From positions 96,968,001 to 97,032,000 of the forward strand of contig OX597823.1 in assembly GCA_951406725.2 (NCBI GenBank): a stretch of DNA of 64,000 nt, given 5' to 3'. The DNA comes from Octopus vulgaris. Taxonomy: Eukaryota. The notes below the pieces were generated by a model. That model had not been told where the DNA came from, did no database searches, and saw nothing but the letters and a program-made list of their open reading frames with translations. This document shows, piece by piece, positions 25,561 to 39,300 of this stretch. Position numbers and translations under genes: made by a program. The first letter of the stretch is position 1. Each line of letters starts with the position of its first letter.

Positions 25561-26478
25561 CTTCTTCTGACCAAGGAAAACTGACTGACCAAGGAAAACT
25601 ATATGGTTGCGCAACCTACTCAAAAAGGAAGCTAAACTATTCCTCAAATCTCACTTTAGTTAGGAGAGAATAATGTGATATCACCCATTGCTGGTTTCGA
25701 ATGTTGGGCCCCATGGAGGCAAAGGGTGAAATGTTGAAGCATGGTCTTTGAATGTTGGGCCCCACGGCAATATGCAGTGCTTGAGAAGACTTGTTAAGCC
25801 AAGTGAAATCGTAGTCATGGCCATTGCCAGTGCCATGTAAATGGCACCTGTGCCAGTGACACATAAAAAGCATCCATTACACTCTTAGAGTGATTTTGGC
25901 ATTAGGAAGGGCATCCTGCCGTAGGAACCATGCCAAATGAGACTGCGATATAGTGCAGCACTCTGGTTTACCAGTTCCAGTTAAACCGTCTAACCCATGC
26001 CAGCATGGAAAACAGACGTTAAATGGTGGTGGTGGTGATGGTGGTGCACTGTACCTAGGAAATGACAGGATGTGGGATGTTTGGGACTGGAGAGCCCATA
26101 ACCTCAGATCTGCTACTTAGGGGCAAGTATATTCCTAGATGAGAGAGGCTGAGTGACAAAAAGAATGACAGGCATTAATGAATAAATTAATAAGTAAATA
26201 AATAAAAGAAAGAAAGAAAGATGACAGACAGAAATAAATAAAGAGAGGGAAAAACAGAAAAGAAAGATAACTAGAAAAAAGAAAGGAAGAAAACAAAATG
26301 GAATGAATGAAAGATGAAAAGAAGCAGAAATAAACGAAGAATAAATAATAAGTTTAAAAGGAAAGAGAAAGAAACAGAAATGAAGGAGGCGGCAAGATTG
26401 AAAGAAAGGAAAGACAGAGAGAATAGAAGAAATATACAAGAAAAGAAGATAAAACAATAAGGGAAAGAGGATCCTTAC

Positions 26479-26496
26479 CACTCTTTTCCTCGCCAT
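26479..26496 (-). CDS. Candidate first coding exon (MARKRV) of an unidentified gene divergent from PHGDH
   Basis: gaaATGG start context, 6 codons, then phase-0 donor GTAAGG at 26478. It lies about 750 bp from the PHGDH ATG. No downstream exon identified. Confidence 0.4.
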
Positions 26497-26564
26497 TTCT
26501 CAAGATCTGCCTTCTTTTCTCCCGTTTTGGTCTTCCCCTCTTCCTTCACTCACTCACTCACTCA

Positions 26565-26595
<31 letters not shown>

Positions 26596-27242
26596 TTCGT
26601 TCACCGCCCTCCCTTCCTCTCATAATTTTTTTTCTTCGCTTTTTATTACCACTATCACCTCCACCCGCACCCCCATCACCCGTTCTTTTCCTTTCTTTCA
26701 ACTATTCCCCCCCCTTCACCTTCTTCCGTTTCCGACTCTCTCTTTCCTCCTCCCCCAATCTCTTTATCCTCTTTCTCTCTCCTCACACTCTCCACATCTT
26801 TTTATTCTTGCTTTACTTCCCTCTTTTCACTTTCTCCTATTCTCTCTCTCTTTCCATTCACCGCTGTTTCTTCTCCTTTTCCTTCCTTTTCATTCTATTC
26901 CTCTTTCTCTTTTTCTCACACTAAACAGTTAAAAATAAAAACAACTATTTCGATAAATAAATAAATAAACCGTTTTAGTGTGGTAAACCACTTGCTCTTA
27001 ATCAGTTTATATAGTCTGCTCAGTCAAGCGAGACCTTTGAGAGATTCACGCAAACCTTACTTTTCCACGAGGAAGAAAACTTATAAGCGAAGTTGAAAAA
27101 AAATACTACTTTGCAAGTAAAATCTCTGTAGCTGACTGTCCTGTCTGTTCACGACTAGTGGGTCATTTGTTATTAAAAGCGTCTGTCAGCCTACTTTGCT
27201 ATCAGAAAAGAAATAGAGACCCTTTCAATTAAAAGCCGAAGC
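26497..27242. promoter_or_regulatory. PHGDH promoter/5' UTR, possibly bidirectional
   Basis: Largely non-TE sequence immediately upstream of the ATG. CpGs are retained locally, and a polypyrimidine tract covers about 26500-26920. Confidence 0.55.
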
Positions 27243-27377
27243 ATGGGTAAACTAAGTACACCTCTCAAGGCCTTGCTCTGTGACAAAGTGAGCCAAGTTT
27301 GTGGAGATATATTAAAAGAAAATGGAATTGATGTTACCTTTTCTGAAACGAAAGATCAATTTCAAGAACAAATTGGT
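27243..27377 (+). CDS. PHGDH: PHGDH exon 1 ([45 protein letters not shown])
   Basis: ATG at 27243 and phase-0 donor GTAAGC at 27378. Resembles the PHGDH N-terminus and joins exon 2 in frame. Confidence 0.88.
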
Positions 27378-30300
27378 GTAAGCTGTTTTTTTTTTTCTTT
27401 TTAATCTTTTTAAAATTTGTTTTTTTTTTTACAAGAAGCCGCCGCCTATTCTGCATTATAAGCTCTATATATAAAAGTTTAAAAGTTAGTTTTATATATG
27501 TATTTTGTTAACTTTCTTTTATCCCTTATCAAATATAACTGAATTCTGATCTCTAATTACAACATATTTCAAAGCATGCATTAATTAAGCTACTGCAAAT
27601 GATAGTTTAAGGGAATTATATTTTATTTTTTCTTAAGAGGACAACTGAAAAAACTTGGATTTAAAAATAATAAAAACAATATTTAATGGCTTTGCAAGTA
27701 TTTTGCAATATGAAATTGTGTAAAATATCGAAAAATCTTGAAAAAGAAAAAAAAAAGGAATTCTATTTTATTCGCGACAGCTATTCCGAAAGTCGTTCTC
27801 TTTCTAATTTAAACTTTTTAAAAAAGAAAACAATTTTATTTGGGGGCTAATACAGATTCGAAAAATGCATTTTTCTGAAAAAGTTTATTCGGCACCCCGC
27901 ACCCCCATTTCTAAATGTATTGTATATTGAAGTGTGGAAATTTCATTAAAACCGGTATGTAACGTGAGAAAATATGGGGGTGAAAAAAATATCATCGAAA
28001 AATTAAAATTTTTCACAATTACACCTATTAAAACATTGTCATTTTATAACGCTTTGCTGGCAAATTCTTAAATTTTCTTTTTCAATCCCTGACCAAATAG
28101 TTGCTTGTTTGAAAGTCCGCCTAATAGAACTAACCTCAGCTTCAGACCGAAACAGGTTTGCGCATATCTATTTGGGACATATTTTAAAAAGTAAAAATTG
28201 ATTTTTTAAAAGTGTTTCTCTTCTAAAAGTGCTCCTAACTTCAGGCTGTACACGTGTGATCATTGATCTCTGCTAGTTGGATTTTAAATCCAGGCAGTTG
28301 AATTTTAAAAAAAAATTGTGCACTCTTTTTATTTGCTTTTCCGTCTGCATTTTTATATCGATGTATGAAATTTAAAACTTTCTGACCTTTTTAAATATTT
28401 AATTCATATAAACGCTCTGGTCTGTTATGTAATTTTTCTTATGCTCATTTTCATCGGAGATGGAGTGCGTGTGTGTGTGTGAGAAAGAGAAAGCGCGCGC
28501 TCGGATGATTCAATTAACGGCATTCTTGTAGAATAGCGTCGGAAATTTTTTAATATTTCAAAAACTATGTCTAATTTTGTCTTCCACAACTTTGAGATTT
28601 TCGCTTTTAACTTTGTTTCATTAATATGAACATCCTTTTATATTTGTTTTAAAAAGGAGAAAAAAATGCGTAACGAATCTGAAAAGATTTTCGGAAAAAC
28701 GTTTAAACCGAAAAAGTGTAAAAACAGGGTACCTAAAAACAGATGGAGGTTAGTTGAAACCCCAGCCAACCATCAGAAATTTTGTAGAATCGAAATCCAC
28801 AGTGCTTCAAACAAATATTTCCAAATAAATTTGAATGCCGAATTGATTTCATTCGTAACTTGCTTTACCGGTGACCAGTAATAAAGTCACAGGAAAAAAA
28901 TGTCACAATTTTGGGTAGTAAAAAAAAAGTCACAATTTATAGCATTAGGACAAAACCCTTGTGACTTTTTTTTTTTTTTTGCCTGAATTGGCTTTACCTA
29001 CATCACCATCGTCGATTAACGTCCGCTTTCCTTGCTGGCATGGGTTGGACGGTTTGACTGAGGACTGGCAGACCAGAAGGCTGTACCAGGCTCCAATCTG
29101 ACCTGGCATAGTTTCTACAGCTGGATTCCCTTCCTAACACCAACCACTCTGAGAGTGTACTGGGTGCCTTTTACGTGCCACTGGCACGAGGGTCAGTCAG
29201 GCGGTTCTGGCATCGGCCACGACAATGACTTCACTTGACACAACAGGTCTTCGCAAGCACAGTTTATTGCCCAATGATTGAAGGGTGCTCTTAAATGGAC
29301 TGGTTATGCTGCACTGGCATAGGCCACGGTTACTGTCTCACTTGGCTTGCCGGGTCTTCTCAAGCACAGCATATCTCCAAAGGTCTCGGTCACTCGTCAT
29401 CGCCTCAGTGAAGCCCAACGTTCAGAATATAACAAAATTCATTGATTTGCTTAAGTTTTCTAAACGCCTGCATTTTGATAAAATGAAATTGTGCATCAAT
29501 AATAAAGATTATCGCCCAGTACTCATTTTACCCCACTTGCCAATTTTTCCCACCTCTAATATTCACTTTCTGTCCATTTAATCGTGCGTAGGTTGTATGA
29601 ACCCTGTTTATTTCTAGATTGGATCCAAAATGTTTACGGATATATGGTGTATTACATAATTTTCTTTGTTCACTGATTGCCAGGTTATCTATTCTAGATA
29701 TCGGCTATAAATACGACCGAGGGGGTGGGGTGGATACTGCAGGGCAGCGTGCTACATTCACATATTACAGTTCCACATTTGTAATATGGTGAGTTAAATA
29801 CTTCCAGTTATTTGAGATCATCGTTTCATTGATAGCGAACGATCAAGAGGGCGTGCAGGGTTCTGGTTGTGCTCAAGCAGAATATCTTAATAAGTCGAAA
29901 TAAATAATAATAAATGCGCCCTTTTAAAGCCTAGCCAGGCTCATGGGCCCGGTTTCCCACTTTCAATGGCGTATGTGTTCCCCAGCGTTACTCGTTTTTG
30001 CCAGCTGAGTGGACTGGAGCAACGTGAAATGAAGTGTTTTACTCAAGAACACAACGCGTCGCCCGGTCCAGGAATCGAAACCACAATCTTACGATCATTG
30101 TGCTGATACCCTAACTACTAAGCCACGCGCCTCCACAATAACTCAAAATAATTGCTTCTTATTTAAGCACATGCCCAGTAATTTTAAGTAGATGAGGTTA
30201 TTCGGTTATCTTGAGTCTAGTATTTAACTGGAACTTTTTATCGATCCTGTAATGATGAAAGCTAAGTTGAATTTGGTGGGATTTGAACTCCCACGTAAGC

Positions 30301-33300
30301 ATTTTGCCTGATGCTCTAACGATATCGCAAAACGTGTATCTAAAACCAAAGATGACCTTTCGATCTTTCAGTTGTTAGGTTTGCATATTCTCTGTGGTTT
30401 ATTTAAACACCCTTGCAGAATTTACTATCACTACTAATTATAATGGCAACTTTGGAATAAGGTCACAAATTTTAGTTCTTATTTCTGAAAGATATTTTCC
30501 TATGCATCTGTTGTAATACCAATAACAGAATCACAGTCGACCTACGGAATAAGTAGTGAATTAAATGTGATGCGAAAACCGCGGTTTGAGCGGCACTTAG
30601 TCTGCAGAAAGAATAGAATAGAGCAATTTTATGGCTGATGATCATTTTGTAAAGCAGACCATGCTGATCTTAACTTCCGGTACAAAACTGAAGTGACGTA
30701 GAGAATCGTGTCTTAGCAGCCGACATATTATTGTATCCTATAAAACTGTAATTAAGTTAGTTTAATTAATCTTAGCAGTCACCATATGTAAGCAATGCTG
30801 ATAATTGTATCTTCTGTGTGTCGGTTAAAAAGCTTCCATTCTCACCGACACGTTTTGTAGCGGAGAACAAGGTCGATATGACAGGGTTTTCAAAAACGTA
30901 GATCTTGCATAAGTCTGCCAAAATATCTCGGCAGAACTTTCGAGAGTGGACAGAAAAAGACTTGGAAGTGGTTATCATTTTATTTATATTATTACTACCT
31001 TCATTAGCAATTACTGCATCTTTGCAGTTTTCTATAAAATCATACACGCCGCTTCGCTGTTGACCTGCATTTCAAAGTGAAACAAAATGACAAGAACAGA
31101 GGAATGACAATATAAAATATCTCAATTACTTCTTGCAATTTCAGTTTACCGTTTCCTTAAAACATTCTTGTGGTTATTTATTTGCGATGGCATTGCCAAT
31201 GTCTGCCATACCAATGATTTTACCACGCATCACTCATTTCACGACTCGCATTTATGGGGAAAACAACATTACAAATTTCTTCACAAATTCTTGTATCAAG
31301 TCATTGTCCATAGTTTCCAAATGACTTCTTCGTAAATTGTAATTCAGTTTGATGTTTGTACTTCAAGTCGAAAAGGCTGATGAAAAAAAAATCACATGCT
31401 ATACAAGGTAAAAGCGAAGTTCCATAAGTGCAAGGTAATTTTTATTGTGGCAATTATACCATTATATATTTTATCCTATGTTTCATTGGCGTGTAGTTCT
31501 TGACCCCTGTGTGATTTGAATTCAGAATTTAAAGGAAGAGGGTTTTATTTTTATTCTTTGTTCCTTATCTTTCTGAGTTTGTATTCATTCTTTGAGAACA
31601 TTGTCATTCTATAAGATGTTGCTGGCAAATTTTTCACTTGCTGTGGTAAGTTTTTTTAAATCCGCACAAATGGTTTCAATACAGTTTTCACAGAAAGATT
31701 TGGAAGAATTATATGAAAGTTCTCCAGTAATTTTCTTTCATGTAAATGTTGTGCTAATGGAACATAAAGGGGCACCATTTGAGTGTGATCGTTACCAGCG
31801 TCGCCTTACTGGCACTTGTGCCCATGCTAGTAGGGTGCCAAGAGCACCATCCGAGCGTGATTGTTGCCAGAGCAGCCAACTGGCTTCTGTGCCGGTGGCA
31901 CGTAAAAGGGCACCATTCGAGCGTGATCATTACCAACGTCGCCTTACTAGCACCTGTGCTGGTGGCATGTGTAAAAAGATTTGAGCGAGGTCATTGCCAG
32001 TACCGCCTGACTGGCCCCCATGCCAGTGGCATGTAAAAAGCACTCACTACACTCTCAGAATAGTTGGCTTTAGGAAGGACATCCAGCTGTAGAAACTCTG
32101 CCAGATCAGATTGGAGCAGCCATCTGGTTCACCAGCCCTCAGTCAAAATCGTCTGACCCATGCTAGCATGGAAAGCAGACGTTAAACGATGATGATGATG
32201 AGTGATGATGTTAATTTCAAAATTTGCCACCAAAATCTTATAAAATGACAGATTTCTAAAAGATGTACATAGACATTTATTTACATGAAAGGAAATTACC
32301 GGAGAACCTTCTAATTCTTCCAAATCTTTCTCTTAAAAAAAATTCCCCCACAAATGGTGTCAATACAGTTTTAAGACAGCAACTGGTCCCACACCACTTA
32401 GAGTTGGATAAAATAAAGTATCCATCAGAAACTGGTATCTTAATCCACTAACACTTTCTCCTGAAAAGTGAGGTTTACGTCTCTTTGAAATTATAATTTA
32501 GGTCGATTCAATCAACTATATCCTTCCTATTCACCTACATCTAGTTATTTGGTCCACATACGCATACAAAGGTTTAGAAACCCTCTGTGTAAAAGTACTC
32601 TACTATAAAACTGAAATTGCTTAATACACTGTTGAACAAAGACAGTAATACATTCAGTATTTTTCTCCATAACTTGAAGGAAAATAATTTTTCTAATGAA
32701 TTTTCAACAGATGCACCCCAGATGGTGTAGATTCCAATTATATTGGAATCTGTTGTGTAATTTGTTCCAGGGGTGAGGAGATGATTTTCGGAAAATTCAC
32801 GAGTCAGATTGGTTTCCTAGTAACTTTCAGAAAAATGGGTGCTTCTTTGTGAAATTTGCTACGGATACCTTTCAGTAGTGGCGGACTGGGTTTTAAAATA
32901 TTGGTTGCCAAGAGACACCTGCAACTACAATGCTATCATTAAATTTTTGTTTTCTTTGCTGTCCACAAATAGTCACGCTGAAGTAATGCATTCTTCCAGG
33001 AGTGAATTAAAAAATTCTCAAACTTGAGGGGATGGGCCCCTATATATGGATTCTAATGACACAGGGGCCCACTTGCCATATGACAAGCTGGCAACCTGGC
33101 CAATCCGCCACTGCCTTTCAGCATGTGCAGATTACGATTTGGTATGAAAAGGAAAAAATTGATGGGTGCGCACGCATTCATATTGACATGCATCATAATT
33201 TTTTTCGAAATTTCAAGTTTCATTTTCAGATGTCCATGTGACATGTGCAGGCTCTCCAATTTATGAGGAAACGGTCGGATGGGGGCACACTTGTTTAGAT

Positions 33301-36300
33301 ATGCCTAATATATATATTTAGGTAAATTTTAGGAAGTACATCCGCACGCATTTCACTAAGAAAACCAGATTTTTTTTTTTGCGTGGAATCAAATACCCTG
33401 ACCTAATGTGCTGCAGACACCTTATTTTTGTTAAAAAAAATGGGGGTGGAGTGCCCCCCTCCCAGAATCATTGGAAATTTTTTTCGGTGAATGAATTACG
33501 GTAGTCTAATGTGCCACAAAACACATTTTTTTGTCTGGAAGAGGAGGGGTAGGGCGGAACTCTTGGAAATTTCACACACACACACACACATTTTCATGGG
33601 GAAAATTTTTATTGCTGTTTCTTTCTTTACCCATAATTTTAGATAACATTTTGCAGAAATATGTTTTCAAGAGGGGATTACATAAGATTGAAAATTCAAA
33701 CAAGCTTCAAAAGAATAAGTGAAAATGCTGAATTTATAAATTTTTTAAAATAAAGTTATGAGGAAACAAAATGCATGATTATAGAAATACTTGATGCTAT
33801 CATGCTGCCGTTTCATCCCCGGAGTGGTACTAGAAAAGACAATTCTTAACAAGACTGCAACCTGGAAAGACAATTGCATTTATGCCGTTGATTGATTCTC
33901 TGGTCATTTGTTTGTGAAAAATGTGTCCAGTCCCATTGCAATTTAATGTTTAATTTGGTTTATCCTCCTTTTAATGTACATACTTGAGCAATGGGTGAAT
34001 TATTCAAGTCAAATAAATCATCAGTTGTAACCTGTGTGTTGAAGGTAAAATGAATGTCTTTAGTGATTACGTATGAGAAGTTGTCACTAGTTTTACTCCG
34101 GTGATTAGAAAATAACATCAGTCTGGTTGGTTAATATCAGCATTTATTAAGGCCTCATCAGGAACATGTTACTCATTCTTGTCCAAATTTGCTTATACTA
34201 TAAATGATTTATAGCTATTTATAGTATGTACATACCTGGAAAAAACTGAATTGATCTTCCTAATTTTCTCAATGGTACAAGCATTGAAGGTAATGTAAAT
34301 TAAGACACTAAACAGTGGTGATAGGATGTGAAGAAGAATGTAAAGTAAATTTACAACGAGACTAAATATATGCACTTAAAAATATGTAAGTCTACCTTGC
34401 ATTTCCTCTTATCCTATTGTTGTGTTGTGCTTCTATTAATTAATACATACACACTATTTCATTATGTAAATTTGGTGATGCAAACAATAGGACTCAAAAC
34501 ATGAGTATATCATTATCCTTTAATGCCTGTTTTCCATGCTAGCATGGGTTGGATGGTTTAACAGGAGTTGATAATGCTGGGGGGCTTCACCAGACCCCAA
34601 TGTCTGTTCAGGTATGGTTTCAATGGCTGGATACCCTTCATAGCATCAACCCCCTTACAGTGTGTACTGAGTGCTTTTTTGCATGGCACCAACACCAGTG
34701 CATTTTATTTGGCACCAGCACTGGTATCAATTCTGCATAAATGTTTTGTTTTTTTATATTAATATTTAGCAGAAGCAACAGAGTGACTCAAGGGCTGAGA
34801 GTTTCGTGTGTTACCACTTATCAAATGTAGATACAGGAATTTCTGACATGTGTTCAACTATGTTCACCATAATTTCCAGTCTGTTGTTGTGTGGTGGTTT
34901 GCATGTCTCAATGACTATGTGAGCTGTGCCAGCTCCTAGTAGGGTCTCCCATGCTGGGCAGGTCAAAGATTAGAAGCCAGACTAATATATACTACCTATT
35001 CCCAGACATAAAAATGGATTTGCAAAAGGGCCAAGACCCCTACTTAGTAACAAGGCAAGTTACAGAAGCATTACTGACACATTTAAAACTGACAAGACTT
35101 GGGAGAGGAAGGCCTTCCCTCAAGGAAAGACAGTTCTGAGTAATAACAGTGAAGTGTTGTCAATGACCTATGCTCAAGGATTGGAAGGCTTAAGTGATTC
35201 AACTGAGTGGCTTGTTAGTGCTGAGATGTTTTAAAGATTATGTAGACTAGAAGTATATCAGGCTTAATCATTTAGCATTTAAACCGGACATATCTGGCCA
35301 AAATTTTGTGTTTTATGCTCAAACGTCCCAGATTTCTCCTCTCACACCTGTACTATAATGTCATTCTAAACATACACAATCACCATTAACATCTCAAAGC
35401 TATGAGATTAAGCAAAATCAATTCAAAACAATGTGAATAAATAAAAATTAAATTTGAGAGAATCCTAAAGTGTTAAGCATAGATACAACTAAACCAAAGT
35501 AATTAAAGATGAAACATGTTTTTCAAAAATAGTATTTAAAGCATTAAGAGTAAAAAATGGAAAATGTTTAAGTATACCAAATAACCAATAAGTTTAGATT
35601 GAGAGTATATCTAATTTTATGAGGTTAATAGATTTCTATCTTTTCATTTTTCAGTCTGCAAACATACTTGTTGTTAGGTCAGCCACAACGGTGACTTCCG
35701 ACTTGTTAGATGAAGCGAAACATCTGAAATTGGTTGTTCGAGCTGGGACTGGTGTTGACAATGTCAATATTGAAGAATGTTCCAAACGTGGTGTTCTTGT
35801 AATGAAGTAAGTGAAGATTAGCCAATTCTGTTCACTTCCATCTCTCCTGTGGTATTTTGTTGATTTCTCTAATGATACATTTTTTTTTTTTTGTATGTCA
35901 GCAGCTATTCTCATTTGAACCATCTCTTGTATCTTACCATTTAAGTAATGAAGTGGTTTGCGTTTGCTTTTATATCTGAGAAACTCTGTTCTTTTCTGTT
36001 TTAGCAATGGCTCTGCTAAGATGTCATATTTTAGGTGAGCCTCTCCCCTTTCCCAAAAAATAATGAAATGTAAAGAGATACTTTAGAACACACACAATCA
36101 TTGCTGCTACCATTTAAAGTCTGTTTTCCATGCTGGCATGGTTTAGACAGTTTGACCAGAACTGGTAAGCCAGGGAGCTGCATCAGGCTCTAGTCATCTG
36201 TTCTGGTTTGATTTCTACAGCTGGATGCCCTTCCTAACACCAACCACTTTACAGAGTGTGCTGAGTGTCTTTTATGCATTGCACATATACAAATACATGG

Positions 36301-39300
36301 TGGGGTTTCTTTCATTTTCTGCCTACAATATCCATTCACAAGGTTTTAGTGTGGACCCTGGTTGAGAACCACTCCCTTAAGAAAGAAGTTTGCATTGTGG
36401 AACCAGTCATTTTCAGGTGAGATGGTATGAAAAGGTTTAAGAATGCACACACACGTGTGTGTGTGCTTGAGGTCTGATAAATAAGTAATCCAGACTGTTG
36501 CCTTGGTAACAAAGCTAAAGCACACAGTAAAGCCACTTAGCAGAGATTGAACTTTAGCTCTGCTGTGCATGCACACTGTTTTAACGTTTCAGCTCACTTC
36601 TGCTGTTTACAGCAATGCTTGGAAGGAAGGTGTGTAGCGTGTGGTTATCACATTGACTAGGAAAGAAAAAGGTGTCATGGCAATACCTGCTCAGAGGCTT
36701 ACAAAGTTTCAGAAAGTGTATGCAGAGGAGTGTATGAGCTGCACACAAGTGTATGAATAGTTCAGATGTTTCCGAAAAAATGTCTATATCGACAAACATT
36801 CTGGGAGACCCGCAACCAGCCAAACTGAAAAAACACCTCACGAATGTGCCTGCAGCTGTTAGGGTAAAGATAATTGATTCACCATCCATGAGTTATCAGA
36901 TTAGTTATGGTTCAACACAGTCCATTATCATTGGAGGTTTGGGTACCAGATGCATGTCTGCTAAGTTTGTGCCAAATCTGCTTTGAGTTGATCAAAAAGC
37001 CACCTGAGTTTCAGTTGTATAAGATCTCCTTGATTGTGTTGAGAATGATAAAAATTTTTAGAAATTTTGTATAGGCCTCTGGGCAGGTATTGCCAAGCAT
37101 TTTGCAAAATTTGATGCAGATTCTCTGCTCAACTTTCTCTGTCATGATCAATGCGATGATCACATGCTACACACCTTCCTTCCAAGCACTGCTGTAAACA
37201 GCAAAAGTGAGCTAGAACATTAAAATTTAGTGTGCATGCACAGCAAAGTTTTTATTCAATCTGTGCCAAGTGGCTTCACTCTGCATGCTTTAGTTTTGTT
37301 ACTATGGCAGTCCGGATACTTATTGATCAGAACACACACACATATATCATTCATCATCATCATTTAACGTCCGTTTTCCATGCTAGCATGGGTGTGACGG
37401 TTTGACCGGGGTCTGGGAAGCCAGGAGGCTGCACCAGGCTCCAGTCTGATCTGGCAGTGTTTCTACAGCTGGATGCCTTTCCTAACATCAACCACTCCGA
37501 GAGTGTAGTGGGTGCTTTTTATGTGCCGCCAGCACAGGGGCCAGAGGAGGCTGGTTAATGGCCATGATTGGTTGGTGCTTTTATGTGTCACCGACACGGA
37601 CGCCAGTCAGGTGGTGCTGGCATCTGCCACGTTTGGACGATGCTTTTTACGTGTCACCGGCATGGGTATCAACCAAATTCCACCCACAAAATACTGGCCA
37701 ATCTGTGACTGTTAGAAAACATTTGTCTAAGGTGCCAAGTGCAAAGAACTGAGATTGAACACGCAATCTATAATTGCAAAACAAACTTAATTACACAGCC
37801 ATGTCTACACACAGAGTAAAAAATCCTTTTTCTTTCTTTTATCTTTTCAGAAAATTTACATCTTGTACTTAAGATTTTATTTTTCACTATTTCATTTTTT
37901 TAAATATATTTTTTTGTTTTGTTTTCCAGTACTCCTATGTCCAACACACTGAGTGCCACAGAACATACATGTGCTTTAATTATGGCCCTCAGCAGGTTAG
38001 TTTTACAAATTTCTTGTTCATAATGTTTATAGATTTCTAATGTCAGAAGCATGTTGTAGTGTTTTGAGACTTGTTATTGTTGTTTAACAAGTGAGACTTT
38101 ATTGAGTAAACTTAGTCAGAGGTATTGCACTCATGAATTTACTCGCCCCTTTGTTCTCATCATCATTTTACCATCCACTTTTCCATGCTTGCTTGGGTTG
38201 ACCAGCAGTTACTATGGCAGATTTTCTATGGTCAGCCATACAAAATCTTCCTCAATAAGCTTTGTCTGACCCCTGCATATCATCATCATCATCATTGGAC
38301 AATTTGACTGAGGTCTGGAAAACCAGATAGCTGCACCAGACTTCAATCTGATCTGGCAGGGTTTCTACAGCTGGATGCCCTTCCTAACGCCAACCACTCC
38401 GAGAGTCTAGTGGGTATTTTACATGCCACTGGCATGAGGGCCAGTCAGGTGGTACTAGTAACGGCCAAGCTCAAATGGTGCTTTTTATGTGTCACCTGCA
38501 CAGGAGCCAGTCCAGCGGCGCTGGCAACGACCTCACTCGAATGTTTTTTCAAGTGTCACCAGCACAAGTGCTAGTAAGGTGACGCAGGTAACGATCACGC
38601 TCGAATGGTGTTTTTAACGTGCCATCGCTCAGAGGCCAGCTTGTTGCTCTGGCCCCGATCTCACTCGTATGGTAATCTCCACTAGCACGGATGCCAGTCA
38701 CCAAATTTGATTTCGATTTCACTTGCCTCAACAAGTCTTCGCAAGCAGAATTTAGTGTCCAATGAAGGAAAGGCATGCATAAGTGGACTGGTTATACCCC
38801 TGGCATAGGCCACAAGGTTATGGTCTCACTTGTGCTTGCCGAGTCTTCTCAAGCACAGCATATTTCCAGAGGTCCCAGTCACTAGTGAGGCCCAGTGTTT
38901 GAAGGTCATGCTTCACCACCTCATCCCAGGTAATATTTTTCCATACCCAGATATGTTTTTGCAGAATATTGGAAGTGACTGGCAATTATTTACAACAAAC
39001 AAATGATGTTAAGACACTCTCTTTCACACATGCATGATAGTCTTCTTTCAGTTTCTGTCTACAAAATCTACTCACAAGGCTTTGGTCAGTTTGAGCAATA
39101 GAAGACACTTGCCTAAGGTGCCATGCAGTGGGTCTGAACCCAAGACTGCATGGTGAAGAAGCAAGCTTCTCAACGATGCGTGTGGCTTTTTTTTGTGTGT
39201 GTGTGGTTGTTGCCAGTGCCACCTGACTGGCTACCATGCTGGTGGTATGTAAAAAGCACCATTCAAGCATGGTCGTTGCCAGTACCACCTGACTGGTCCT

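Noticed and set aside
26113-26478. 127-aa hydrophobic ORF as a membrane protein
   Set aside because: The F/L-rich translation comes from the low-complexity purine/pyrimidine tract; only the first six codons before the donor are considered.
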